From Opitutales bacterium (GTDB taxonomy: Bacteria > Verrucomicrobiota > Verrucomicrobiia > Opitutales > PNEW01), in contig CBDANS010000004.1 of assembly GCA_965197745.1 (NCBI GenBank), forward strand, positions 32,001 through 96,000: a stretch of 64,000 bases of DNA, read 5' to 3'. Every line of letters begins with the position of its first letter. Within the stretch, counting starts at the first letter, position 1. Under the pieces are notes generated by a model. It ran no database searches and had not been told where the DNA came from. It was given only the letters and a program-made list of their open reading frames with translations. The translations under genes were made by a program, and so were the position numbers. Shown one piece after another: positions 31,066 through 41,204 of the stretch.

Positions 31066-31637
31066 TGATGTGCCCCCAAAAATCGTATCATTTACAGAGA
31101 GAGGTTATCGGGATAAACAGATAACCTCAATGAAAAGAAAAAGATACACAACAGAACAGATTATAGGAATACTTCGGCAGGCCGACACCGGTAAAACGGT
31201 AGAGGAAATCTGCCGTGGTAACAACCTAAACGAACAAACCTTCTATCGCTGGGGTAAAAAGTATGGCAACTTGGAGCTGGCCGATGCGAAGCAATTTAAA
31301 GAGCTGGAAAAAGAAAACACCGAACTGAAGAAGCTGTTGCTGATCAAATGCTCAAGAATCAGGTGATGGAGGAAATGTTGTCAAAAAAGGGGTGAGCCCA
31401 AAGCGGAAGAAGCGACACCTCAACGAGTGAAAGCGAGAATAACAAACGGCTCCATCGAGTCGTTTAGGCTTTAAAAGCCCACTAGAGTTTGTCACATTCC
31501 TTTCAGATCTTGGCCGCGTTCGGGCGTTACCCTCACTTCGCCAAGATCTCTCATATACATCAATTCTAAAACCATTAATCATTAATACCCGGTAACTCTC
31601 TCACTTAAGAATTGGCACGAAAAATGGGGTCCGATCA
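31066..31637 (+). mobile_element. Internally deleted IS3 derivative (orfA only)
   Basis: Ends TGATGTGCCCCCAAAAATCGT / ACGAAAAATGGGGTCCGATCA; sister of 5507-6140. Confidence 0.88.
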
Positions 31638-31675
31638 GTGCAGATGGGGTGGTGAGGGATAATATATGAATAGTA

Positions 31676-32365
31676 ATGAATGGGGGCAAATTAGTTGCAT
31701 TCGACGTTGGTGAGACACTAGTTTCGTACAATGGTGTTCCACTAAATTGGAGCGAGAGTTATCGCGCAGCGATCAATACTGCACTCGAAAATTTAGGTGT
31801 CGAAGCAACATCTTCAGACATGGAGTTGTCTATATCTATTCTCAACTTCTACAACACACGCGTTAACCCCCGCACATTTGAGGTTAATGAAGGTGAGATT
31901 GTCCAGAAAGTAGCTATGGTATTCGGCGTCGATGTTTTGGATTTTGAACGTAATTTCTTTGCGTATTTCCAAAGGAGAGCAATCCCCGAACCGACGGCAT
32001 TGGAAACTCTTATTAATTTGAATAAAGCTGGTGTAAATACGGCTGTACTATCAGATGTGCCATATGGAATGCCTCGAGATTTTCTGCTAGAAGATCTAGG
32101 CGATTTGACTGCCCATCTCGACATTGTGCTAAGTTCATGTGATGTCGGTATTCGAAAACCTAATCCTAGAGGACTTTTATCGCTGATGAAACAATTCAAT
32201 CACAGACCCGAGCAGGTTGTCTATGTAGGGAATGAAGAAAAGGACATAGGTTGTGCGACTGGGGCTAAAGTTAGATCAGTGCTGTTAAGCCATCATAATC
32301 CTATAGACTACGGCCAGACTTACTCTGTGAATAAGCTTTCCGATATATTAAAAATTGTGCTTTAA
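31676..32365 (+). CDS. HAD-superfamily hydrolase
   Basis: FDVGETL, LSD, RKPNP, YVGNEEKDI. Confidence 0.88.
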   Translation: MNGGKLVAFDVGETLVSYNGVPLNWSESYRAAINTALENLGVEATSSDMELSISILNFYNTRVNPRTFEVNEGEIVQKVAMVFGVDVLDFERNFFAYFQRRAIPEPTALETLINLNKAGVNTAVLSDVPYGMPRDFLLEDLGDLTAHLDIVLSSCDVGIRKPNPRGLLSLMKQFNHRPEQVVYVGNEEKDIGCATGAKVRSVLLSHHNPIDYGQTYSVNKLSDILKIVL

Positions 32366-32402
32366 TATGTTTTATCTAAAACCATTTTATTTAATTAATA
32401 TT

Positions 32403-32655
32403 ATGAATAACCAGAGCTATGAAAATTATGCAAAATGTGCTGTGCCGATAAATAACAAGGCAATATGCTGGTAAATCAATATGAATGTAAAAGATCCATT
32501 TGACACTGCTTCTCAGGAATATGATCACCCCCCTGCAGAAAATATATAACCTACATCGACATTTTCTATGGTATAGCGATTGAGCAAATACCATTCGACG
32601 TAAATGACAGATTTTCAGTATTGGAGTTAGGAGCAGGGACTAGCCTTTTCACAGT
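32403..32655 (+). pseudogene. Class I SAM methyltransferase 5' fragment
   Basis: Fragments HFDTASQEYD and FYGIAIEQIPFDVNDRFSVLELGAGT in broken frames. Confidence 0.55.
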
Positions 32656-32801
32656 GATCACTTCTTTGTATACCTTATTTCCCTTTCACTAAAATTAAAA
32701 TTTCAAGATCACCTGCTTTATTCTTCGATACCTCAATCTATTTAGGTTTATTTCTTAACTGTGTCTAAAGAGGTATCTTTTCTAACTGATCGAGAAAATC
32801 T

Positions 32802-33896
32802 TTAATCGTTAATGACATCTTCAATAACAGCAGCCAATCGATATCCTGCTTGCACGACACGTTCTTTAGCTAATATTGTTCCCATCTCTTTGTAGTCTTG
32901 GCTTATAGGAATTTCAGCCGATCCGTTTTCAAGCGTATCCTTCCCTTGAAGTTCTGCCTCTTGCTCTGATATCGCTTTGAGAATCTCTTCAGCGTATACA
33001 AATTCCCGGGCAGCATCGTAACTCTCCTTGAGCCAATTCTCAATATATGTGTCCCGAGAGGCCGTCTTACCCAATGTCGACAAGTTATGGTCAGCGATCC
33101 AGCTATTAGCTTTCTTTCTGAGAATAGATAGCGATTTACCTGTTCCTGCCCTCGAGTCCCATAGAGAGTGCAAATTACCCAATGTAGTGAGTTTAATCGA
33201 ATTGCCACCACGATCACCAGTTGGGAAGCCGTGCTCAGAAAATAATGCCGTTGAATGCAGCGGTTGATGGAGGTCACCGACCAAGTGGAAGATCCAGCAC
33301 AGCTCTATCGCCTTCTCTCTTGATGATGCGGTTGGACGCTTCATACGAGTTGTTGAGCGTATGAGCGCTTGGATAATATTGAGATCTTTAAGTCTCATTC
33401 CCGAAGACCATTCCTTGTCCAGGTCAACGGGAATGTCGTATCCCGCAGCGGGATCGTCTGGATCCTTTTGGAAGTATTTTTTGTCGTCGCAACTTAAAAA
33501 CAACGGCTCGTTGATATAGTGCCAGTAAGAGTGATGGTACTTATCGCGGTTTTCACCCGAGAATCTTCGCACAATGTCCGGCCATGTCGCTGCGTGCGCG
33601 AAGATCCACATGTCTCTGGTTGCCTGGTCAGACATTTCGATTTTTTCCGACATGTGGCCCTCGAAATCTTTGTCGAAGCGCTCGTGCTTCTTTAGGATCT
33701 TTACGACTTTGGTTTGTGCCTGCGCGTCAAGCTGCTCCCATGCAATCAACGCGACCATTCTGTGTCCAGTACTGTTCCAACCTTGAGCAACCCATGGGGT
33801 GATAAAAAAAAGAAGCCCCGTAAGGAACATATTTATTGTTCGGGTCAATTTATATTCCCTCTTTCGATTAAAATTGACCTTGGCATAAAAACTCAC
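32802..33896 (-). CDS. S1/P1 nuclease, secreted
   Basis: Signal peptide then WNSTGH, ATWPD, WHYIN, HLVGDLHQPLH, DRGGN, NLHSLWD, AGYRLA. The true start is probably the internal MFLTG. Confidence 0.93.
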   Translation of the reverse strand: MSFYAKVNFNRKREYKLTRTINMFLTGLLFFITPWVAQGWNSTGHRMVALIAWEQLDAQAQTKVVKILKKHERFDKDFEGHMSEKIEMSDQATRDMWIFAHAATWPDIVRRFSGENRDKYHHSYWHYINEPLFLSCDDKKYFQKDPDDPAAGYDIPVDLDKEWSSGMRLKDLNIIQALIRSTTRMKRPTASSREKAIELCWIFHLVGDLHQPLHSTALFSEHGFPTGDRGGNSIKLTTLGNLHSLWDSRAGTGKSLSILRKKANSWIADHNLSTLGKTASRDTYIENWLKESYDAAREFVYAEEILKAISEQEAELQGKDTLENGSAEIPISQDYKEMGTILAKERVVQAGYRLAAVIEDVIND

Positions 33897-33914
33897 AGAA
33901 CCGTTTTTCGGACT

Positions 33915-34005
33915 GGGCTGCTCACTGAGCTTTAGGGATTAAACGGTACAGCCAGCCAGTTGAAGAGCATTCGAATGGCCGCTAAGTGTTGTGTGATCGT
34001 TGCTG
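33915..34005 (-). pseudogene. Tyrosine recombinase N-terminal remnant
   Basis: Minus strand reads ATITQHLAAIRMLFNWLAV...NP.SSV, like the TVKQHLAAIRMLFDWL segment of integrases. Confidence 0.6.
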
Positions 34006-34570
34006 AGGTAGAATGTTCTCTATGTAACTATTTACACCCCTCCATATGGCGAGGTTATTTTCCATTTGATGGAATAAATTTGAACTGTAATAGATCTCGT
34101 TAAGACTGTCTTGTGCTCTCTTCCCCTTACTCACTCAGCGGAGCATTGTTTTGAGAGATAAAATACAACATCAAACTCACCCTTTATTTTCCAAATCTTC
34201 ATTAGTTATCATGAATTGCTAATAAAAATAGACATTACTCAAGTTAATGACATTATGAAACCGGAATGGACACCGTATTGGTGTGAAAGCGAATTTTTAC
34301 CCAAACAACCCCTATAAAGGGCTTGAATTTCTTTATCCGCCATATGCCAGATTTAATAACAAATCTCGGGAATTATACACTTGACTCCATTTCGCTATTT
34401 TCGGTCCATTTTTTTGAAATTAATCCCCCGATTCGCATCCAAGGAACATTGCTGTTGGAAGTTCTTTTTGACCCGGTAGACCATCTCTTCCTGCATTGAG
34501 GGGAACTGATTGTGTGGCAAACAGAAAAGCCATGGATCGTAAACGAGACGGTTTAGTTTATTTATATAGG

Positions 34571-34930
34571 ATGAGACACAAAGCATACGTTCTAAACACT
34601 GCAATTCTGGTGTTGGTATTTGCCTCAGTGGTAGCGGCTGAGGAAGCAGAGAGGAAACAACTGCGGTTGGAGGCAGAGAAAGGGAACGCCAGTGCCCAAT
34701 TCAACCTTGGAGTGATGTATTTCAACGGCAGAGGTGTTCCCCAAGACTATGTACAAGCCCATAAGTGGCTTAACTTGGTCGCTTCACGAAGTAATACAGA
34801 GAAATCGAAAGACTCCCGATTAGCAAGAGACGGACTGGCAAAGGAGATGACTGCTTTATAAGTTGCCGAAGCCCAGCGGTTGGCGCGGGAATGGCAGCCA
34901 AAGACCTGGGAGCAACTGAAGGGTGAGTAA
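34571..34930 (+). pseudogene. SEL1-like repeat protein with premature stop at 34859-34861
   Basis: AEKGNASAQFNLGVMYFNGRGVPQDYVQAHKWLNL; read-through gives MTAL*VAEAQRLAREW. Confidence 0.85.
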
Positions 34931-34955
34931 GTCTTATCGTTGATCAGATAACCAT

Positions 34956-34990
34956 TGGACGCGACCCCCTAAAATCGTATAAAGCACCTG
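34956..34990 (+). mobile_element. Orphan IS3-like left end
   Basis: TGGACGCGACCCCCTAAAATCGTAT resembles the ends at 5421 and 22791. Confidence 0.5.
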
Positions 34991-35220
34991 AGATTATTAT
35001 GCTGAAAATTACCTCCGCCACATACGGGGTAATGGATTATCGATTGATGAGGGATGTGTATTTTTACCCCCCGCCCCCCTAAATTATCAGGGGTAAAGTA
35101 ATTAATTTCAGTCAGCGTTATCCTTGGATATCGGCGAATCTATTGTAACTGTCATTGTAACTTTGACTATATCCTGAACCTTATAATCCATAAGATACAG
35201 GTAAACAATATCTTACAAAA

Positions 35221-35244
35221 TGGTGGTGGGAACAGGATTCGAAC
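35221..35244 (-). other. tRNA 3'-end fragment (Tyr-like), att-site core
   Basis: Minus strand GTTCGAATCCTGTTCCCACCACCA gives T-loop, acceptor 3' strand and CCA. There is no 5' half, so it is not a tRNA gene. Confidence 0.8.
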
Positions 35245-35533
35245 GCTTGTTATAGCGCGGGGACTGGGCAAGAAGGAGGGCAGGTGGGACGACCAGGAGT
35301 AACACGATCGATAGATTTTTAGTAACGCGTATGTTCACTATTTATTGGAATGTTCAAATGTTGATGGAACATTTTTATCAATATTCAAACGAGGGTCAAG
35401 GTCATCGATATCACCTGATATCATAAAGTTACAGAAAACAGGCAGGTCAGATATACGATTCCCTGGCGCTAGATGACAGGGTTTTTTTATACTGGACAGC
35501 GTTTAAGTCCAAAGGCACCGTCTTTTAAATCTA

Positions 35534-38116
35534 ATGAAACACCTATTAATAATTCTGTTATCTTTTTTCGTAACTCTATCCTATACGGGGTGCATTGAAA
35601 GTGAAGCACAGAAACCGGAAGCCATCACTTGGGAGGAACTCCCCGAGCTTCCGAACACGGTTGGCCTGGGGGGCGCATTTGCCGGTGTCAGCAACGGCGC
35701 TCTGATCGTTGCCGGGGGGGCAAATTTCCCCGATAAACCCGAGTGGGAGGGGGGAACAAAAGTCTGGTATGATGCTATATATATTTTAACTCCTGAAAAC
35801 AAAGAGAAGGAGTGGTTGACCGGATTCAAACTTAATCAACCGCTCGCTTATGGAGCATCGGTAAGCACCGGAGACAGCCTGATCCTGATTGGCGGCAGCG
35901 ATGCCGCGAGCAGTTATAACACCGTCACTCAATTGACATGGAAACCCGAAGTTCAGGAGATTGAGCAAGTAACGCTTCCATCGTTGCCGCACCCGATATC
36001 CCATACCGATGCAGCAAAGATTGGGAATACCCTGTACGTGGCAGGTGGCCAGATCGGTGGAGCAAGCGCCGGTCCTTCAAACGTTTTCTGGTCTCTTGAT
36101 CTAAGCAACAATGAAGCTCAATGGATGGTATTAGAATCCTGGGAAGGACCCGCCCGGAGGAAGGCGATTGTTACGGCGCAGAATGAGGGAGACAGAACCT
36201 ATTTATATATCATCGGAGGCGAAGATCAGATTGATGCGGGAGACGGTAATATTAAGACCCAACCTTTGACGGACGGATACCGTTATTCGCTAAGGTATAA
36301 GCAATGGGAGCGTATTGCCGATGCTCCGCACCCGGTAACGTCAGCGGCTGGGTTATCTTACGGGCAATCGCACATCCTCGTCTTTGGTGGAGCCACGGGA
36401 GAATACCTTGGTCAGATTCTGGGGGATGATCACCCTGGTTTTTCTCCCGACCTTCTCGTCTATCACACGATTACCGACACCTGGTTAATCAAAGATGAGA
36501 TCCCTACAAGTGTAGTCACCACTAATGCGGTGTCATGGGGAGGAGGGATAGCCCTGACGAGTGGTGAGGTTCGGCCCAGCAGGAGAACACCCAAGGTCCA
36601 GCTCATGATACATGACACTGGCGCGCGCGCAACCTTTGGGATTATCAATTACACCTTTCTCATTTTATACATGATAGGCCTGGTATACATGGGGCTTTAT
36701 TTTTCAAAGCGGGAGAAGGGAACGGATGATTACTTCCTTGCCGGCCGCCGCGTGCCCTGGTGGGCCTCAGGACTCAGCGTCATGGGGACTGGGCTCAGCG
36801 CGCTCACTTATATTTCTCTACCGGCATTAGTTTATGGCACAGACTGGTTTTCTTATCCCGGAGTAATCGGACTCTTACTTGTTCCCATAGTTACTATCTA
36901 CTTTTATCTGCCGTTTTTCAGAAGGCTTAACATCGTCACCGCTTTCGAATATCTAGAAAAACGTTTTAACCTCCCGGTCCGCTTATACGGTAGCGCACAG
37001 TTTATCGTCTTTCAATTGGTACGAATCAGTATCGTGTTGTATTTACCCGCCATCGTTCTCTCCACGATCACCGGCATTAATATTTATCTGTGTATCCTTT
37101 CGATGGGACTGCTGAGCACCTTTTATACCGTGCTCGGCGGGATAGAAGCGGTGGTCTGGACGGATGTATTTCAAGTCATTATTTTCTTTGGTGGGATCAT
37201 CGTGGCTCTCGTGATAATTTCCTTTCATATCGATGGCGGTGTTATCGAGATGTTCAAAACGGGAATGGCTGATGATAAATTCCGCATCTTTTATCTGAAG
37301 TGGGATATAACTGCGACTACCTTTTGGGTAGTTGTTGTTGGCGGTGGATTTGGGACCTTAATTCAGTACACCTCTGATCAATCGATGATCCAAAGGTATC
37401 TTACAACAAAGGATGAAAAGGCGGCCGCCAAGGGGTTATGGCTAAACGTAGCGATGACTATTCCTACCGGTTTATTATTTTACTGTATGGGAACCGCGCT
37501 TTATGTCTTTTACAATTCCCACCCTTCAAATGTTAACCTGGGAATGCAGAATGATGCGATTTTCCCTTTATTTATATCACAGAAAATTCCCGTGGGTCTT
37601 GCGGGGCTGTTGATTGCCGCTATTTTTTCCGCGGCGATGTCCAGCCTGGACAGCGGGATGAACTCGATGGCCACGGCTTTTGTCACCGATTTTTACAGGC
37701 GATTCAAACCAAACGCTTCGGAGCACAGTTGTTTAAATCTCGCTCGCTGGGCCACTTTAATTATCGGCGTATTTGCCACTGCGGTTGCCTTACTCATGGT
37801 AACCTTTGACATCAAGTCCGCATCTCTCTTTTTCACTTCAATCCTTGGACTATTCAGCAGTGGGTTGGCGGGGCTATTTGCCCTGGGTATTTTTACAAAA
37901 CGGTCACAGGGAATCGGCGCTTTTATTGGAGCGATCACGAGCGCAATAGCTCTATTTTTTATAAAATACTACACACCGATCAATTTTTATCTCTACGCAT
38001 TTCTTGGATTTGTCGTCTGTTTCATCGTGGGATACCTCGCGAGCCTGATAATTCCGGAGAGAGAAAAATCCATGGAGGGGCTAACCCTCTATACCGCTTT
38101 ACCAAGAGAGGATTAA
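35534..38116 (+). CDS. Kelch (NanM-like) beta-propeller fused to a sodium:solute symporter (sialic-acid-transporter-like)
   Basis: Lipoprotein-type signal; GAFAG...LIVAGGANFP kelch repeats; DYFLAGRRVPWWA, EYLEKRF, GGIEAVVWTD, DQSMIQRYL, AAMSSLDS. Confidence 0.92.
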   Translation: MKHLLIILLSFFVTLSYTGCIESEAQKPEAITWEELPELPNTVGLGGAFAGVSNGALIVAGGANFPDKPEWEGGTKVWYDAIYILTPENKEKEWLTGFKLNQPLAYGASVSTGDSLILIGGSDAASSYNTVTQLTWKPEVQEIEQVTLPSLPHPISHTDAAKIGNTLYVAGGQIGGASAGPSNVFWSLDLSNNEAQWMVLESWEGPARRKAIVTAQNEGDRTYLYIIGGEDQIDAGDGNIKTQPLTDGYRYSLRYKQWERIADAPHPVTSAAGLSYGQSHILVFGGATGEYLGQILGDDHPGFSPDLLVYHTITDTWLIKDEIPTSVVTTNAVSWGGGIALTSGEVRPSRRTPKVQLMIHDTGARATFGIINYTFLILYMIGLVYMGLYFSKREKGTDDYFLAGRRVPWWASGLSVMGTGLSALTYISLPALVYGTDWFSYPGVIGLLLVPIVTIYFYLPFFRRLNIVTAFEYLEKRFNLPVRLYGSAQFIVFQLVRISIVLYLPAIVLSTITGINIYLCILSMGLLSTFYTVLGGIEAVVWTDVFQVIIFFGGIIVALVIISFHIDGGVIEMFKTGMADDKFRIFYLKWDITATTFWVVVVGGGFGTLIQYTSDQSMIQRYLTTKDEKAAAKGLWLNVAMTIPTGLLFYCMGTALYVFYNSHPSNVNLGMQNDAIFPLFISQKIPVGLAGLLIAAIFSAAMSSLDSGMNSMATAFVTDFYRRFKPNASEHSCLNLARWATLIIGVFATAVALLMVTFDIKSASLFFTSILGLFSSGLAGLFALGIFTKRSQGIGAFIGAITSAIALFFIKYYTPINFYLYAFLGFVVCFIVGYLASLIIPEREKSMEGLTLYTALPRED

Positions 38117-38119
38117 GAC

Positions 38120-38185
38120 AGTGAACAGTGAAGAGTGAAGAGTGAAGAGTGAAGAGTGAAGAGTGAAGAGTGAAGAGTGAAGAGT
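38120..38185. repeat. Heptamer tandem repeat (AGTGAAG)x8 plus one variant
   Basis: Read directly; starts 3 nt after the transporter stop. Confidence 0.95.
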
Positions 38186-38661
38186 TTTAGGTAAGAATAT
38201 ACATCAAACAGGTTGAGGTCCATTTTCAATTGATTCTCTTTGTTATCGCGAGGCTGCTTGTCAGCAGTGGCTACCGAGGGTATTTACCCGACATCTTCCA
38301 CTCCAGGGAAATGTCGGACGCTCTTTAATAAAAAGCTTCGTCTTCGTCTGAGTCCTCGTCGCCTCCCCGGATATTAATTCATTATCAAGTAGGAACGCGC
38401 TGCCCCCATGCGTTTATATGTGTAGTAAGTTAGAAGCTTGTTGGGGACCAACCGACTTTCCGCAGTAGCTGGACTATGGCTGGCAGGTGCCTCGTTCCAT
38501 CTTAACCCTTAAAACTTAACACCCCTGGCACGCCATAGAGAAGTGACGGCGGTTAACACTGAACGATAGAACACCAGGGACTGTTAAATTGAGAATCATA
38601 ATCGTATGAAAGCATATTCAAGAGGAAGGATCTATAAATAAATCAGACCTCGGCTTTATAA

Positions 38662-40028
38662 TTAGAACTTAAGTTCTAACTGCATAAGAAATTCATTATT
38701 GGTAATATCCCCAATCGGAGCATCATTTAACCTGGAACCTGATTGATGCCCGATAGTTTCATCATTTCCCATGTATTCGAATCGCAACCTTGTTGAGTTG
38801 ATTAAATCAAAATTAGCTCCAAGTAACCAACGCTGGCGGTCCCAGGTTACCGGAGCCGCGAGTTGGTTGTCATAGCGGTCGTCGACATCATAATCTTCAT
38901 AACGAATGAAGGGTTGAAGGCCGGTGAACCATTGTGCATTTCCGAAGGATGTACCAGGTAGTTTAAATTTTAATGAGAGTTCACTATACCAGGTATCGCG
39001 ATCTATATAACTGTCCTTGGCATCGATATACTCGAAAATGCCTTTCAGTCCTATATTGTTGAATGTATTACTGTAAATAGCACGAAAGCCTAATTGTTCT
39101 TTTTCCGTGTCAATGGTTGAAGGATGGATGAGACCATTGGCATCAAAAAATTCTTCGAGAATCATGTTCAGTCCAGAATTTACTTCATTCTCATTGATTT
39201 CCCCGTTTATATACCAGACCCGCGCGTCAAGCATACCTAATGAACCTAAGTTTGGCGTTATACCCAGACCTAAACCCCATTGCAGGGGACTGTCGCGGCC
39301 TCGCTCGAAATCGTTGTCATCCTGCACGATTTCGTTGGCCTTGATTAAGTTCTCACTCAATGCATTGTCTGTGTCGTTTACATTATAGCTATTACCGAGC
39401 ATCGCATCCCAGTAGAGCCATTTATGATTCATCCCAAAGCTGTGCATCCCATGGAAACGAATTTGAGAAAATTCATCACGCCAGAAAGCGGCTCCGCCGA
39501 TGGGGTAGGTTTGCGCATAAGCGGTGTCGACATGGGCAAAGCTTTCAAAAAATTCTATTTCATAAAAAATCCATAGTTCCACACGACCTTCATGTAAATA
39601 TCGGCCTTATCCATATCGAAGGTTTGCCGGTAGCTGCCATTAAAGAGATCTACGGCATCGGGTCGCCGGTCTATTTCGCTCGTTTTAAATTCCAATTCCA
39701 GTTCCCCGCCGATTTCTAATCGCTTTTTCTTCACTGATAGCATCTCGGGGTTGTCGGTAACCGGTGGTGTAAGGTTCCTGGCTGATGGCCTGGCCTCCAT
39801 CTGCCTTAATAAACCTTCTATGCGGTCGATTTTTTTTGATTGTGCTTCCATGATCTTTTTTAATTCAACCAATTCGTCTTTAATATCATCGATTGATTTT
39901 CCATCTTGGGCCCAAACCCCAAAGGTCAAAAAGAAAGACCATAATAGCGTTATTATCCAACGAAGCTTTTTCATCATGAGAGGTATTTTAATTTTTAAAT
40001 GATTTGCGAAGTTTCTTAAGTGAAGCAC
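38662..40028 (-). CDS. Outer-membrane beta-barrel/porin, split by a frameshift at about 39564-39569
   Basis: Signal peptide and coiled coil in 39555-40028; barrel strands ending in ...MQLELKF in 38662-39582. T6 to T7 fuses the two frames. Confidence 0.75.
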
Positions 40029-40217
40029 AGCTATTATTCAATGAAGAAAAGATAAATGAAAGAGGTCAAAGAACTGATTTATTTATGGTAAGATTAATTA
40101 ATTTTAGATAGTGACGATCTTAATGGTGAGACAAGTCGTGATAACAAGGAGAGGTAGAGTTAATACGAACTCCTTGGCGCTTGACTTGAGAGCGGGACAA
40201 AAGGCACACTTTGATTT

Positions 40218-41204
40218 ATGCATATAGGGCGCGAGCGTGAATTCCTCCTTTTTGGCTTGTCCCCGGAGAGAAAATCATGGCGTGGCGTGGGATTGCTGGC
40301 CGGCGTGTTATTGGGCACTCTATTTATCGCTGCGATTATCAGTCCCTGGGTCTACTGGGGAGTCGTGGCCTGGGCTAAAGCGTCCCCTAATGAGTTAAAT
40401 CTATACCTTGCGGATAAAGATTTCCCCCGTTATTTTGACCGCCTGCGTTGGCTGTCTGTTATCCTGCTCTTACCCTGGCTTCTAAAACGTTGCGGACTTC
40501 TCTCCTGGTCCTCTCTGGGGTACGCATCTAATCGACGTGAATGGCGATCAGCCATAAACTGGTTTGGGGTGGGTCTGGCGACGCTTGCCATCGTCGCCAT
40601 AGTCCAGAATTTTACGGTGGGATTAAATATAAAATTATCGCTTATCTCGGGTGAATTTTTTGCCGTATTATTAATGGGGTTAATGAGTGGGTTATTAGTA
40701 GCGTTCGTCGAAGAAACAGTTTTTCGAGGAGTTGTCCTTAGAATGTTTTATACGGCTATAAGCCCAATCATTGCCGTGATCGTAAGCGCATTACTATTCG
40801 CGGCACTCCATTTCAAAAAAGTACCCGGCAGTCTATGGATTGATGATACGGTTTCCCTTGGTAGCGGGTTTTACGTTGGGTTATGGGTATTGCTTAGCGT
40901 GATCACGACCTTCGAGTTATTTAAATTTATCAATCTCTTTTTTGTCGGGTTAATATTAAATATCCTTTTTTTAAAAACCCGATCATTGTTGCCTTGTATA
41001 GGGTTACACGCCGGGTGGGTGTGTTTCCGCGCGGTATACCATAAATTAGTGGAAACAAATAATGAAGCATCACCTTTTATCTGGGGGAGTGAGACCGTAA
41101 TCGACGGTGTTTTCCCAACTTTTATTATGGGATTATTTGTTGTAGCATTAGGGTCCCGCTATTTTCATGAAGGGCGTGGGATTAAAAATAAGTCTGTGGA
41201 CTGA
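40218..41204 (+). CDS. CPBP (CAAX/Abi) intramembrane metalloprotease
   Basis: EETVFRG, FAALH, IGLHAGW. Confidence 0.9.
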   Translation: MHIGREREFLLFGLSPERKSWRGVGLLAGVLLGTLFIAAIISPWVYWGVVAWAKASPNELNLYLADKDFPRYFDRLRWLSVILLLPWLLKRCGLLSWSSLGYASNRREWRSAINWFGVGLATLAIVAIVQNFTVGLNIKLSLISGEFFAVLLMGLMSGLLVAFVEETVFRGVVLRMFYTAISPIIAVIVSALLFAALHFKKVPGSLWIDDTVSLGSGFYVGLWVLLSVITTFELFKFINLFFVGLILNILFLKTRSLLPCIGLHAGWVCFRAVYHKLVETNNEASPFIWGSETVIDGVFPTFIMGLFVVALGSRYFHEGRGIKNKSVD

